The notes under the pieces: generated by a model
What the model was told of the DNA's origin: nothing
The model's database searches: none
Seen by the model: the letters and a program-made list of their open reading frames with translations, nothing else
Made by a program: the position numbers and the translations under genes
Assembly: GCA_046540255.1 (NCBI GenBank)
Contig: JBKHFJ010000005.1
Location: forward strand, 9,898 to 73,897
Direction of reading: 5' to 3'
Origin: Methanomassiliicoccales archaeon
GTDB taxonomy: Archaea; Thermoplasmatota; Thermoplasmata; Methanomassiliicoccales; JAAEEP01
Length of the DNA stretch: 64,000 nucleotides
Shown: positions 48,192 to 58,484 of the stretch, piece after piece
Position numbering within the stretch: position 1 is the stretch's first letter
Layout: each line of letters starts with the position of its first letter

Positions 48192-49226
48192 TCAAGAATG
48201 TGGGGCGCTGAAGAACTCGTCCCTCGCCCTGACCATGGCCCTGAGGTTCTCGATGGTGGTCTCCGGCGCCAACCCTCCACCGGGGGAGAGGATGTCCATC
48301 CCGGCCTCCAGATTTCGGATGGATTCCTTCCTGACATCCTCCACACCACCTGTGTACAGGGTCTGGGAGGTGGAGAGGGACCCGGCCACCGGCAGGTGGT
48401 CCTCGTGGGCCCTTCCCACCAGCCACTTTAGGTCCGCCTCGCCCCTCTCGTTCTCCAGGCCGAGCCCGTCGAATCCGCAACCGATAATGTCCTCCCACAC
48501 CGGCTGGACCTCCCCGCAGACGTAAAGGAAGGTGTGCCCTCCCATCCCATCGGCCAGCCATCGGTACCTCGGTACCATCAGTTCCCCGAAGTCCTGGGGG
48601 GAGATGAGGTTGCAGGAGCTCACCGTCTCCCCGATGGACACGAGGTCCGCCCCGGCGGCGAGACAGGCCCTTCCGAAGTCGAGGCTCGCCCGGGAGGCGA
48701 TGCCCAGCAGGCCGTCCATCCAATCCCTGTCCATGATCAGCGCCATCAGGAACTCCTGGACATCCACCATGTTGGCCGCCAGGTCCGCCGGCCCTTCCAC
48801 GCCGGCTATGATGGGGAGATCCTCCCCCACTTCCTCCCTGATCAAACGTATCGCCTCCAGAACGGCCGGGATCCTGCCCCGCGAGGTCAGATCGTCGGGT
48901 ATCTCCGGATAGGGATCCCCCACGGCAATGGCCGGCCCCTTCACCGCCCTGGTCCTGGCATGGTCCCCCGGGTCCACCTCGCAGCCCATGATCTCGTCCA
49001 GGATGCTCACCCCGAAGGGCACCCTGGCCGCCTCCAGACCGGCGTGACGGTATCCGGCCAGGCCCAGGGTGGCCATCTTCCCCGGATCGAGATCCGCCTC
49101 CGGTCTCCAGGCACCGCTCGCCTCCATCAGCTCGATCACGGCGGGGGAGGTGAAGGACAGCGCGGGCGCCATGTCCACCTCCTCCCCGTCAATGATACTC
49201 AACAGTCTCTCCCTCGTATTCATCAT
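48192..49226 (-). CDS. mtaA: uroporphyrinogen-decarboxylase-fold methylcobamide:CoM methyltransferase (MtaA/MtbA-like)
   Basis: 344 aa from ATG 49226 (MMNTRERLLSIIDGEEVD…). URO-D/MT2 family length and pattern. Confidence 0.75.
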   Translation of the reverse strand: MMNTRERLLSIIDGEEVDMAPALSFTSPAVIELMEASGAWRPEADLDPGKMATLGLAGYRHAGLEAARVPFGVSILDEIMGCEVDPGDHARTRAVKGPAIAVGDPYPEIPDDLTSRGRIPAVLEAIRLIREEVGEDLPIIAGVEGPADLAANMVDVQEFLMALIMDRDWMDGLLGIASRASLDFGRACLAAGADLVSIGETVSSCNLISPQDFGELMVPRYRWLADGMGGHTFLYVCGEVQPVWEDIIGCGFDGLGLENERGEADLKWLVGRAHEDHLPVAGSLSTSQTLYTGGVEDVRKESIRNLEAGMDILSPGGGLAPETTIENLRAMVRARDEFFSAPHS

Positions 49227-49343
49227 CTCTCCTCTTGGGTTCCGACACAATACATTCTTCTTATAGGTTGCCGAGCGGCCCTGCCACATGACCGGCCCAA
49301 CAAATACCAATAGGGCGCCGAGCAATTGGAATCCGGTGAGGGC

Positions 49344-49682
49344 ATGGTCGAGGGTCTGAGGAAGCGGATCCGGGAGATGGTGGGTTACCTACCGAGGGCG
49401 GTGAGGTTGTCGGGGAGAATGGACGAGGAGCTCGGCGGTTCCCTGGAGAAGGGGGAGGAGCTCTACATGAACGCCTGGAGGGAGGGAGCGCTCTCCAGGA
49501 AGGACAAGCACCTCCTGGTCCTGGCCCTGGGGGATGACAACCACACGCAGGTGAGGAGGCTGCTGGAGAAGAGGCGGAAGGGGGGCGCCTCCGAGCGGGA
49601 GCTCATGGAGGTGCTCGAGCTCGCCCTATGGGTCCCCACCTTCGTCTCCGCCGCCCGGGTGATGTTGGGCGAAGGGGACTGA
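49344..49682 (+). CDS. AhpD/CMD-like protein lacking the CxxC motif
   Basis: …WREGALSRKDKHLLVLALGDDNHTQV…ELMEVLELALWV… resembles the CMD fold, but the redox cysteines are absent. Confidence 0.45.
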   Translation: MVEGLRKRIREMVGYLPRAVRLSGRMDEELGGSLEKGEELYMNAWREGALSRKDKHLLVLALGDDNHTQVRRLLEKRRKGGASERELMEVLELALWVPTFVSAARVMLGEGD

Positions 49683-49685
49683 GCG

Positions 49686-52600
49686 TCACTCCTCCTCCTC
49701 CGAATCCTCCCGGGCGCCCCTCCTCCACCTGGGGGCCCACCAGTTCCACCTGCCCATCAGGGACATGATCGCCGGCACCAGGTACATCCTTACCACGGTG
49801 GCGTCGAGCAGTATGGCGAACGCCAAAGCGAAGCCGAACTCCTGGAGCATGACCGACCCGGACAGGGTCATGGTCCCGAAGGCCCCTGCCATGATCAGCC
49901 CGCAGATGGTTATGATCCCCCCGGTGGCCTTGACCGAGTCCACGATCGCCTGATCGGTGGACTTGCCCCGGTGAACCTCCTCCCTTATCCGGGTGGTCAG
50001 GAAGATGTCGTAGTCCATGCCCAGTCCCAGGCAGACCACGAAGAGCACGATGGGCATCAGCCATAGCAGAGGCTCATTCAGCACGTTGCCGAAGATGACG
50101 CTGGTCAGCGCCAGGGTCCAGACGATGCTCATCAGTATGGTGACGATCGACCGCACGGGCGTGAACACGGCCCTGAGCACCACCAGCAGGATCAGGAAGA
50201 TGAGGAGGATGGCCATCATCTCGATGAGATCGAACTCACTGGAGACCAGGGATGAGATGTCGTACATCAGGGCGGTGCCACCGCCCAGGTGAATGGCCTG
50301 GATGGAACCGTGGTCCTCCACCTGCTCCCCCATCATCTCCCTGAGGCCGTTGACCGTGTCTATGGATTTGGCGGCGAACGGCTGGTCCTGCATGGTGACC
50401 TCTATCAGGACGCCGTCCCCCTCATGGGACAGGTACTCCAGGATGGCCACGTAGTACTCTGCCCTCTCAAGCACGGTGTACTGGCTCATGTTGCGATATT
50501 CGATGGGGTCTCCGAAGGGACGGGAGGGTGAGGTGACCTCCCGGATGTTGTCTTTGGATTCGATGTCCTGACACACACCTTCGATGACGTCGAACTTGGT
50601 CAGGTTGAAGGAGGAGGACATGTTCAACCCTTCCACCTTCTCCGCCACCTGCTTCGGGTCCACCTGGGTGATGTTCATGGAGGTGCCGTTGTACACCTGC
50701 CCATCCATCTCCAGGGCGATCATCACCGGATCGATCTTTCCTCCCCCGAAGCCCTGGGAGATCTCCTGGACTCCGGTCTTGGAACTGGAGTCTGGCATGG
50801 TCCCGATCATGTCGTAGGAGGTGCTCATGGTGGAGACCATGTAGACCGCGGGGACGGAGACCAGGATGGCGGCGATCACGATCACCTTGGCGTACTTGAT
50901 GGACACCCTGGCGGTGCGCTCGAAGTACCTCCTGGCCTGATGGGACACCCGGTCCAGTATATTGGACCCGGAGCGGCCGAAGGACTCTATGGAGGAGGGC
51001 CAGAAGATCCTGTCCCCTATCAGCATGATCAGCGAGGGCAGGAAGGTCAGGGCGAACATCAGGGCCACGAAGATGCCCATTGCCAGGCTGACGCCTATCG
51101 AGGAGACCATGGAGAAGCTGGAGAGGGAGAGCACGCCGAACCCCACCATCACGGTGAATCCGGAGGTGGTGATGGACTCTCCCGCCCAGGTGACCGATTC
51201 GAGCATCGATTCCCGCCTGTCCTTGCCCTGCATCCGCTCCTCCCTGTACCTGGATAGGATGAAGATGCCGTAGTCCGATCCCGCCCCGAGCATGGAGACC
51301 ATCACCAGGACCAGGACGTAGTTGGTCACCTGCATGACCAGGCTGGCCACCAAAAATATCCCGGCGAATGCCAGGACCAGGGCCATCCCGATGATTGAGG
51401 GAGGGACCACCGAGGACACCAGGGAGCGGAAGAACAGCCCGATGAGAATGACCACCAGGGTCACCGATACCGGGTCGATGTGCTCCATGTCCTCCATGGA
51501 GGAGGACATGATGTCGTAGTCGATGGCGTCCGTTCCCGAGACGTACACTTCAATACCGGGGAGATCCAGTTGTCCAACGATCTCCCGCACCTGGGGGACC
51601 TGGTTCTGCCCCACCACTCCCTGGGAGTAGTCGATGGTCAGCAGCATGGTGTCGTTGGCCGGGGAGTTGATCAGCATCCGCAACACCTCCTCGGGCACCG
51701 GGATGGGGTAGTCCGCCAGCGAGTTGTTCAGCATGATCCCGTGCGCCCTCTCTCTGAGCTGCCGATCGCTCACCCTGCTTCCCAGGGCCAATGTGTCCCT
51801 GATGAGCTGGACGTCCACCTCTCCCATGGTGGAGCGAACCAGGTCCACCACGGTCTCGTTGAACTGCGAGGGATCGTCCCAACGATCCCAACCCATGGCG
51901 TATACCAGTTTCACCATGCTCTCCCCATCGGGTGGAAGGGAACTCTCCAGGGTGGGTACCAACTGGTCCACGAATTCCCTGACCTGCCCCATGTCCGGCG
52001 GGATGTGCATGGTCCAGTTACCGGACACGGAGGCGGTGGTGTTGTCGTCCCATCTCTGGTTGAAACCTTCGATGTACGCCTCGATGGACCGGGAATACTC
52101 CTCGGGGATATGCTTCAGATAGGGGGCGATCAGGTCGTCCACCACCGAGTGGCAGATATCGTTGATCCGATAGGGATCCGCGAAGTCCAGGGGATCCAGC
52201 ATGCTCTCGGTGCGGTTCAGGATGGGGGAGGCGTACTCCCACATGCCCTCGTCGCGCTCGGTGATGTAGGCACGGGCGTTCTCCCAGAATTCCGGGAAGG
52301 CGTCATCGATGGCGTGCCTGTCCCTGGCGAAGGGGTTTGCCTGCATGTACGGATCGTCACTGGTCGAGTTCCAGGAGTCCGAGAACTCGTCGTACCAGAT
52401 CCATGCCAGTCCCTCCATCTCCTCCGTCACGTTCGCCTCCTCCAGGGCGACCTCCAGCTCCTCCCTGGTGACCTGGTAGGCGAATTCGTCCAACTGGGTG
52501 GTATTCCACCCGGGGTGCGCCCGGGAGGCCATCTCCCAGTTGAGGGTGTGGGCGTCGGTGGCCCCGTAGAGCATCAGGCCGGAGGCGAATGTGGTGTTCC

Positions 52601-53069
52601 ACAGCTCTGGGTACTGGGAGGGGATGTCGAAGAGCAGCATGGAGGTCCCGTTGACCAGGTCGGACATCTCCACCACGCCCTTGAGCACGATCTCGGTGTA
52701 GTTGTCCAGTAGCGGGGTGTACACCGAAAGGACGGTGAGATTGGGCAGCCCCCGGTCGTCACTTAAATCGCTGGAGAGGTTGAGTATCTCCTTCTTGAGC
52801 CCCTCGCCCATGACCGAATCGTTGCCCTGTCCCTTGAACACCACGATGGTGGAGGCGGAGCTGGCCGAGGTGTTGAAGTTCCCATCGATGTACTCCTTGG
52901 CCTCCTCGGACTCCATGTCGTCCGGGGCCATCTCCATCATGTCGTACTGCACCGCATCCAGCACCCTGGGGGCCAGGGGTGCCGCGATGATGACCAGGAC
53001 GATCCAGAAGATGATGATCCCCTTGTGATGCTTGGCTATGAATTCTCCTAGCTTCCTGAAGGCGCTCAT
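49686..53069 (-). CDS. MMPL/RND-superfamily transporter with large extracytoplasmic domains
   Basis: ~1127 aa from ATG 53069. Two 6-TM MMPL-like bundles (…GAGSDYGIFILSRYREE… and …GLGMDYDIFLTTRIREE…), each preceded by a large soluble loop. Confidence 0.8.
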   Translation of the reverse strand: MSAFRKLGEFIAKHHKGIIIFWIVLVIIAAPLAPRVLDAVQYDMMEMAPDDMESEEAKEYIDGNFNTSASSASTIVVFKGQGNDSVMGEGLKKEILNLSSDLSDDRGLPNLTVLSVYTPLLDNYTEIVLKGVVEMSDLVNGTSMLLFDIPSQYPELWNTTFASGLMLYGATDAHTLNWEMASRAHPGWNTTQLDEFAYQVTREELEVALEEANVTEEMEGLAWIWYDEFSDSWNSTSDDPYMQANPFARDRHAIDDAFPEFWENARAYITERDEGMWEYASPILNRTESMLDPLDFADPYRINDICHSVVDDLIAPYLKHIPEEYSRSIEAYIEGFNQRWDDNTTASVSGNWTMHIPPDMGQVREFVDQLVPTLESSLPPDGESMVKLVYAMGWDRWDDPSQFNETVVDLVRSTMGEVDVQLIRDTLALGSRVSDRQLRERAHGIMLNNSLADYPIPVPEEVLRMLINSPANDTMLLTIDYSQGVVGQNQVPQVREIVGQLDLPGIEVYVSGTDAIDYDIMSSSMEDMEHIDPVSVTLVVILIGLFFRSLVSSVVPPSIIGMALVLAFAGIFLVASLVMQVTNYVLVLVMVSMLGAGSDYGIFILSRYREERMQGKDRRESMLESVTWAGESITTSGFTVMVGFGVLSLSSFSMVSSIGVSLAMGIFVALMFALTFLPSLIMLIGDRIFWPSSIESFGRSGSNILDRVSHQARRYFERTARVSIKYAKVIVIAAILVSVPAVYMVSTMSTSYDMIGTMPDSSSKTGVQEISQGFGGGKIDPVMIALEMDGQVYNGTSMNITQVDPKQVAEKVEGLNMSSSFNLTKFDVIEGVCQDIESKDNIREVTSPSRPFGDPIEYRNMSQYTVLERAEYYVAILEYLSHEGDGVLIEVTMQDQPFAAKSIDTVNGLREMMGEQVEDHGSIQAIHLGGGTALMYDISSLVSSEFDLIEMMAILLIFLILLVVLRAVFTPVRSIVTILMSIVWTLALTSVIFGNVLNEPLLWLMPIVLFVVCLGLGMDYDIFLTTRIREEVHRGKSTDQAIVDSVKATGGIITICGLIMAGAFGTMTLSGSVMLQEFGFALAFAILLDATVVRMYLVPAIMSLMGRWNWWAPRWRRGAREDSEEEE

Positions 53070-53188
53070 GTCCCCCCGTCCTCCTTCCCCGGGGATGTCG
53101 GGGTTGCTAATAAGCCTGTTCATTAACATATCCCACCTGATAACGCCCTCCGCAAATTGCTTGAGCCCTCATCCCTTCACCCTTCCGT

Positions 53189-54316
53189 ATGTTCTCCGAT
53201 CGCATCACTTCCGTCGACCCCTCGGGGATAAGGGAGATCTTCGAGCTGGTGGGCGGCGACGCCATCAACCTGGGCCTGGGGGAGCCGGACTACGATCCCC
53301 CGGCCAGGGCCAAGGAGGCCCTGCAGGAGGCCATCTGCTCGGGCATGAACAAGTACGGACCCACCTCCGGTCTGCCGCAGCTCAGGGAGGCCCTAGCCGG
53401 TTACCTCGGCAGGTACCGGGACGATATCACGGCGGCAAACGTCATGGTAACCGCCGGGGCCACCGAGGCGCTGATGGCGGTGAACCAGTCCCTTTTCCAG
53501 GCGGGGGACGAGGTGCTCGTGCCGGAGCCAGGCTTCGTCCTCTACCATCCCCACGTGGTGCTGGCCGGGGCCACTCCCGTCCCCTACGGTCTGAGGGAGG
53601 AGAAAGGCTTCGATCCCGATCTGGAGGAGATCCAGGAGAGGGTGAACGGGCAGACCAAGGGGCTGGTGGTGAACAGCCCGTCCAACCCGACCGGTGGGGT
53701 CCTCTCCCGGGAATGCTTCCGGGGACTGGTGGACATCGCGGAGGACCACGGTCTCTGGATCGTCTCCGACGAGGTGTACGACAACCTGATCTACGAGGGG
53801 GAGCACCACTCCTTCTGCCGGCACCTGGAGAGATCGGTGGTGGTCAACTCCTTCTCCAAGTCACTGGCCACCACAGGCTGGAGGATCGGGTACCTGGCTG
53901 CCTCCACCGAGGCCCTCTCCCAGATATCCAAGATGCACTACTACACCATGGCCTGTCCGTCCACCCCGCTGCAGTATGCCGTGTGGAAGGCCATGCCGGA
54001 GATGGACTCCTTCCTGGAGGAGATACGCCCGGTCTTCGAACGGCGCAGGAGGAGGATAGTGGATCTGATCGACCGGATCCCCGGCCTCCGCTGCGATCTC
54101 CCCCGGGGGGCCTTTTACGCCTTTCCCAGCTACGATGTAGACCTCCCCTCCATGGAACTGGCCAAGAGGATCGCCTCCCGGGGGGTCATCTGCTCCCCCG
54201 GATCGGCCTTCGGCCCCAGGGGCGAGGGACACCTGCGCTTCTCCTACGCCGCCTCGGAGGAGCACATCGACCGGGGGATGGCGGTGGTCCGGGATGTCAT
54301 GGAGGACCTCTCCTGA
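53189..54316 (+). CDS. class I/II PLP-dependent aminotransferase (aspartate aminotransferase-like)
   Basis: 375 aa with NPSNPTGGV and SFSKSLATTGWRIGY (Schiff-base Lys). Confidence 0.9.
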   Translation: MFSDRITSVDPSGIREIFELVGGDAINLGLGEPDYDPPARAKEALQEAICSGMNKYGPTSGLPQLREALAGYLGRYRDDITAANVMVTAGATEALMAVNQSLFQAGDEVLVPEPGFVLYHPHVVLAGATPVPYGLREEKGFDPDLEEIQERVNGQTKGLVVNSPSNPTGGVLSRECFRGLVDIAEDHGLWIVSDEVYDNLIYEGEHHSFCRHLERSVVVNSFSKSLATTGWRIGYLAASTEALSQISKMHYYTMACPSTPLQYAVWKAMPEMDSFLEEIRPVFERRRRRIVDLIDRIPGLRCDLPRGAFYAFPSYDVDLPSMELAKRIASRGVICSPGSAFGPRGEGHLRFSYAASEEHIDRGMAVVRDVMEDLS

Positions 54317-54414
54317 AAGGCAAAGTATTAACCCCCCGCCCCACGTCAGGAGTTGGTAGAGGGGGACCGGATCGGTGCGCGCCGATCAACGAGGTCTTCC
54401 ATGGGGTATAGACG

Positions 54415-54912
54415 ATGAGCGATGAAAACGGCGATGAAGTGATCGATTTCGGGGAGATGTTGGACGAGGAAGCGGAGAAGATGATCTTCGACAAGAACCA
54501 TGCCAGGACGGTGGCTTTGAGCGAACTGTGGCTGTCCGAGATGGAGCAGAAGATCCAGGAGAGCGACATTCCCCCGGAGAGAAGGTACGAGATGATGTTC
54601 TACCTTCTCACCAACTCCCTGTTCGACCTTGTGATGGGCGTCATCCCCGAGGAGGTCTCACTCATGGTGGCCCGGAACCTGGACGAGTACCTCAAGGTCA
54701 CGTTGGTGAACGCCAATTACGGGACGGACCTGATGCAGGACTTCCAGAAGGAGTTCATGGAGGAGCACGGCAGCCAGTTCGAGACCGAGGAGGAGCTCGA
54801 CCAGAAGCTGGAGACCTTCGAGACCAACTGGTGGCACACCAAGAGGGAGGACCTGGGCGGCAAAACACCCTCCAAGGCGGCCAAGGAGATGGCCGAGGAA
54901 TACGGCCTCTGA
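54415..54912 (+). CDS. acidic hypothetical protein
   Basis: 165-aa ORF with coding-like composition. No family recognised. Confidence 0.4.
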   Translation: MSDENGDEVIDFGEMLDEEAEKMIFDKNHARTVALSELWLSEMEQKIQESDIPPERRYEMMFYLLTNSLFDLVMGVIPEEVSLMVARNLDEYLKVTLVNANYGTDLMQDFQKEFMEEHGSQFETEEELDQKLETFETNWWHTKREDLGGKTPSKAAKEMAEEYGL

Positions 54913-54977
54913 CGGGTCGGTCGGCCAAGGGATCCTGAGCCCGGTCCAAAGGCGAATGGATCGCCCAACCCAGTAAG

Positions 54978-56174
54978 ATGAATCTCCAGAAGAGATGCAC
55001 CCTCATCCTGTCGGCGGTCGCCTTCCTGGTGATGCTGGGCGTCACCATAGTCTCACCGGTACTTCCCCTGTACGCCCTCACCTTCGAGGTCTCCCTGGCC
55101 ATGGTGGGGGGCCTGATATCGGGCTACGGGGTGGCCAGGATCTTCCTGGACATCCCCGCCGGGATGATGGCCCCCAAGGTGGGGGTCAAGCGATTCATGC
55201 TCATCGGGGTGAGCATCGTTGCCGTGGGGGCCCTGATCTCGGGGACGGCCATCGACTACTGGATGCTCCTCTCCGGCAGGGTCCTGGAGGGGGTGGGATC
55301 GGCCGTCTACACCACCACCTCCTTCACCTGCATGGGGCGGATCGCCCCGGTGGAGGAGAGGGGCAAGTACATGGGCTTCTACTTGGGCATGCTCCTCTTC
55401 GGCACCGTCTCCGGTCCGGCGCTGGGGGGCGTCATCGCCGAGACCTTCTACATCAACACCCCCTTCTTCTTCTACGCCGGGTTCGCCCTCTTCTCCTTCC
55501 TCCTGCTCCTGTTCGGGGTGAAGAGGGATCTGGTGGAGAGCCTGTCCAAGGCGGAATCCGATGTCAGGCTGTCCAGCCTGAAACCGCTGCTCAAGGACTA
55601 CAGCTTCCTGGCCATCAACGTGGCCATATTCACCATATTCGTCATCAGGATCGGGGTGATCAACACCCTCGCTCCCGTCTTCGCCGTTTTCAACCTGGGG
55701 CTGACCGAGGGGACGGTGGGGCTGGTCCTGACCGTCTCCGCCCTGCTCAACTTCGTCACCATGCTGCTGGTGGGTCCCCTCACCGACAGGTACGGTAGGG
55801 GGTACTTCATGGTCTCCAGCCTCATGCTCACCGGGCTGTTCACCCTGATGATCCCCCTCGCCGTGGACATGATCTCCTTCACCGTGCTGTTGGCCTTGAT
55901 CGGACTGGCGTTAGGGCTCACCGGCCCCATCATGGCCTGGGTGACCGACATCACCCGGTCCGAGCAGCTGGGAAGCGCCATGGGGATCTTCCGCACCATG
56001 AGCGATGCCGGGTTCGTGGCCGGGCCGGTGATGCTCACCATCATCGCGGGACCGACCGATCAGGCGCTTGACTACCCGCCGTTCCTGCTGGCCGGTGTCC
56101 TGATAGCGGCGGCCAGTCTTCTCCTCATGAGGGCGAGGGACCCGGTGCGGCAGGCGCGTGGCGAAAACCGATAA
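54978..56174 (+). CDS. MFS transporter
   Basis: 398 aa, 12 predicted TM helices, with GRIAPVEERGKYMG- and LTDRYGRG-type MFS loop motifs. Confidence 0.8.
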   Translation: MNLQKRCTLILSAVAFLVMLGVTIVSPVLPLYALTFEVSLAMVGGLISGYGVARIFLDIPAGMMAPKVGVKRFMLIGVSIVAVGALISGTAIDYWMLLSGRVLEGVGSAVYTTTSFTCMGRIAPVEERGKYMGFYLGMLLFGTVSGPALGGVIAETFYINTPFFFYAGFALFSFLLLLFGVKRDLVESLSKAESDVRLSSLKPLLKDYSFLAINVAIFTIFVIRIGVINTLAPVFAVFNLGLTEGTVGLVLTVSALLNFVTMLLVGPLTDRYGRGYFMVSSLMLTGLFTLMIPLAVDMISFTVLLALIGLALGLTGPIMAWVTDITRSEQLGSAMGIFRTMSDAGFVAGPVMLTIIAGPTDQALDYPPFLLAGVLIAAASLLLMRARDPVRQARGENR

Positions 56175-56192
56175 GTCCAAGGGTCGATACGG

Positions 56193-57119
56193 GTGGCGAT
56201 GATGATCTCCGCCCCGGGAAAGCTCATCCTCTTCGGTGAGCACGCCGTCGTCTTCGGGGAGCCCGCCGTGGCCCTGGCCGTGGACCTCAGGATGAGATGC
56301 GAGGCCTTCCGTTCCCCCACCTACCGGGTCAACGGCCAAGCCCTGAGCCCGGACAGGCACGCCTACATCTTCTCCGCCATCTCCAGGTACTGGAAGGGGG
56401 AGCCCCTGACGGTGAACACCGTGTCCGAGATACCCTCCGGATCCGGTCTGGGGTCCTCCGCCGCGGTCACCGTTTCCGTTCTGGGCGGTCTGATGGAGCT
56501 TAGCACCGGGATGGACGAGCCCCTCCTGGCCGAGCGGGCCTTCCAGGTGGAGTCCGAGGTCCAGGGGAGGGCCAGCCCGATAGACACCTCGGTCAGCACC
56601 CACGGTAACGGGGTGTACCTGGACACCGAACGGGGGGACGACCATCTGTGGAGCATTTCCATGGATACCCGTCGGTGGCACATCCATCACCTGGAGGTGC
56701 CCGAACTCTCCCTGGTGGTGGGTTACACGGGAATACATGCCCCCACTGGCCCACTGGTATCCAGCGTGAAGAGGCTGGTCTCCACCGATCCCAAAGCCAG
56801 GAGATGGGTGGAGGAGATCGGCGAGATCTCCAGGGAGGGGGCGAGGGCCCTCCGGAGGAACGACCAGGAGGGATTGGGAGAGCTGATGGATCGGAACCAC
56901 CGCCTCCTGGCCTCCTTGGGGGTGTCCTCCCCCCAACTGGACGCGCTGGTGGAGGCGGTCCGCCCCTACTCGCGGGGGGCGAAGCTGACCGGCGCCGGGG
57001 GAGGGGGCAGCATGGTGGCCCTGACCGATCGGGTGAGGGAGACCTCGGTGGCCATCAGGAAGAATGGGGGCAGGCCGATAGCGGTCCACACCGGGGTGCC
57101 TGGAGTACGGGTGGAGTAG
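56193..57119 (+). CDS. mvk: mevalonate kinase (GHMP kinase)
   Basis: SAPGKLILFGEHAVVFG…, PSGSGLGSSAAV (GHMP motif) and KLTGAGGGGSMVAL. Confidence 0.9.
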   Translation: MAMMISAPGKLILFGEHAVVFGEPAVALAVDLRMRCEAFRSPTYRVNGQALSPDRHAYIFSAISRYWKGEPLTVNTVSEIPSGSGLGSSAAVTVSVLGGLMELSTGMDEPLLAERAFQVESEVQGRASPIDTSVSTHGNGVYLDTERGDDHLWSISMDTRRWHIHHLEVPELSLVVGYTGIHAPTGPLVSSVKRLVSTDPKARRWVEEIGEISREGARALRRNDQEGLGELMDRNHRLLASLGVSSPQLDALVEAVRPYSRGAKLTGAGGGGSMVALTDRVRETSVAIRKNGGRPIAVHTGVPGVRVE

Positions 57120-57123
57120 ACCC

Positions 57124-58311
57124 TCAGATGAACTCCTGAAAGTCCTCCACCAGATCGGGGTGCCTCTCCTTGACCACCTTGAGGATGTTGTAGACCGATA
57201 TCTTCTCCAGCCCCACCTCGGACAGGGTGGAGATCACCCCGTCGAACTGCTCGTCGGTGACGGTGACCAGCTTCTCCTTGGCCATCCAGTTCCGCCAGAG
57301 CTTGTCCTCCAGACGATCCCGCCACAGCTCCTCGTAGCGCTGAAGGAACTCCTGGCTGAAATCATCCGCCTCCAGGGCCTCGCCGGCGACCCTTCCGGCG
57401 TACATGCCCGACAGGCAGGCATGGGCTATGCCTCCGCCAGTGATGGAATCGATCATCCTGGCGGCGTCCCCCACCAGCATGAGACCGTCCGTCGTGGTCC
57501 GGTCCAGGGGAGGGGACACCGAGACCGCCCCACCCACTGCCTCCAGCGGCTGACCGTCCTTCAGCCTGTCGTTGGAGGCGATGAACCTGTCCAGGTAGCG
57601 CCTGACCTCCCCCGGCTCCCTCAGCTTGGAGAGCTGAATGCCCAGGCCCACGTTGGCCGTACACTCGTCCTTGGGGAAGATCCACACGTATCCGCCGGGG
57701 GCGGCGGAGCCCACGAAGAACTCGGTGTAGTCCGACTCGGTCTCGATGTTGGTGAGGCGGTACTGGAAGCAGCTGGTGATGTCCGACTGCTTCAGGGAGG
57801 TATCCAGCCCGGCCCAGCGGCCCACCTGGGACTCGAAGCCGTCCGCGCCCACCACGCATCTGGCGGTGATCTTCAAAGGCTCGCCGTTGGACATCGCCCT
57901 GACGCCCTTGACCTCCCCGTTCTCCTTGATCAGGTCCACCGCCGGGGTCTTTAGCATGATCTCCGCCCCGGCGCGGGCGGCGTCGGCGGCCATCGCCTTG
58001 TCGAAGAGGTGCCTCTCCAGGACCACCCCCACCTCGTTGCCGGCCATCTTCTCGTCCACGTAGAACTGGTTGCCGCAGGGGGAGACCAGTTTGGCCCCGG
58101 ACACCGAGTTGGATACCCACCGATCGTCCGTCCGGATGCCGGCCTCCTGCAGCCACTCCCGGGAGATCCCCTCGGCGCATCTCAGGGGAGAGCCGATCTC
58201 CTGTCGCTTCTCGATCATCAGCACGGAGGCGCCGGACAGGGCGGCGTGCCTGGCCGCCAGACTCCCACCTGGACCGGCGCCGACCACCACCACGTCGTAG
58301 TCCAGGTTCAC
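57124..58311 (-). CDS. geranylgeranyl reductase family flavoprotein (digeranylgeranylglycerophospholipid reductase-like)
   Basis: YDVVVVGAGPGGSLAARHAA…IEKRQEIGSPLRCAEGIS. GTG 58311 overlaps the stop of the upstream ferredoxin (GTGA). The track ORF to 58359 is a short extension. Confidence 0.85.
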   Translation of the reverse strand: MNLDYDVVVVGAGPGGSLAARHAALSGASVLMIEKRQEIGSPLRCAEGISREWLQEAGIRTDDRWVSNSVSGAKLVSPCGNQFYVDEKMAGNEVGVVLERHLFDKAMAADAARAGAEIMLKTPAVDLIKENGEVKGVRAMSNGEPLKITARCVVGADGFESQVGRWAGLDTSLKQSDITSCFQYRLTNIETESDYTEFFVGSAAPGGYVWIFPKDECTANVGLGIQLSKLREPGEVRRYLDRFIASNDRLKDGQPLEAVGGAVSVSPPLDRTTTDGLMLVGDAARMIDSITGGGIAHACLSGMYAGRVAGEALEADDFSQEFLQRYEELWRDRLEDKLWRNWMAKEKLVTVTDEQFDGVISTLSEVGLEKISVYNILKVVKERHPDLVEDFQEFI

Positions 58312-58481
58312 CCTTCCACCTCCAGTTCCAGGGCGCCCACCGGGCAGGCCTTGACGCACCTGCCGCAGCGGTTGCAGGCCTCGCCGAATTCAGGGCAGGT
58401 GTCGTTCAGGAATATGGCGTTCTGCGGGCAGGAGCCCACGCAGGCCCCGCAGTGCATGCAGCTCTGTACACTCACCAGCAA
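58308..58481 (-). CDS. small 2x[4Fe-4S] ferredoxin (below the ORF-track size cutoff)
   Basis: Hand translation gives (L/M)LVSVQSCMHCGACVGSCPQNAIFLNDTCPEFGEACNRCGRCVKACPVGALELEVEG. It has two CxxCxxCxxxCP motifs. The start is TTG 58481 or GTG 58475, downstream of GGAGGAG. It lies between the radical SAM gene and the GGR gene. Confidence 0.7.
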   Translation of the reverse strand: MLVSVQSCMHCGACVGSCPQNAIFLNDTCPEFGEACNRCGRCVKACPVGALELEVEG

Positions 58482-58484
58482 CCT

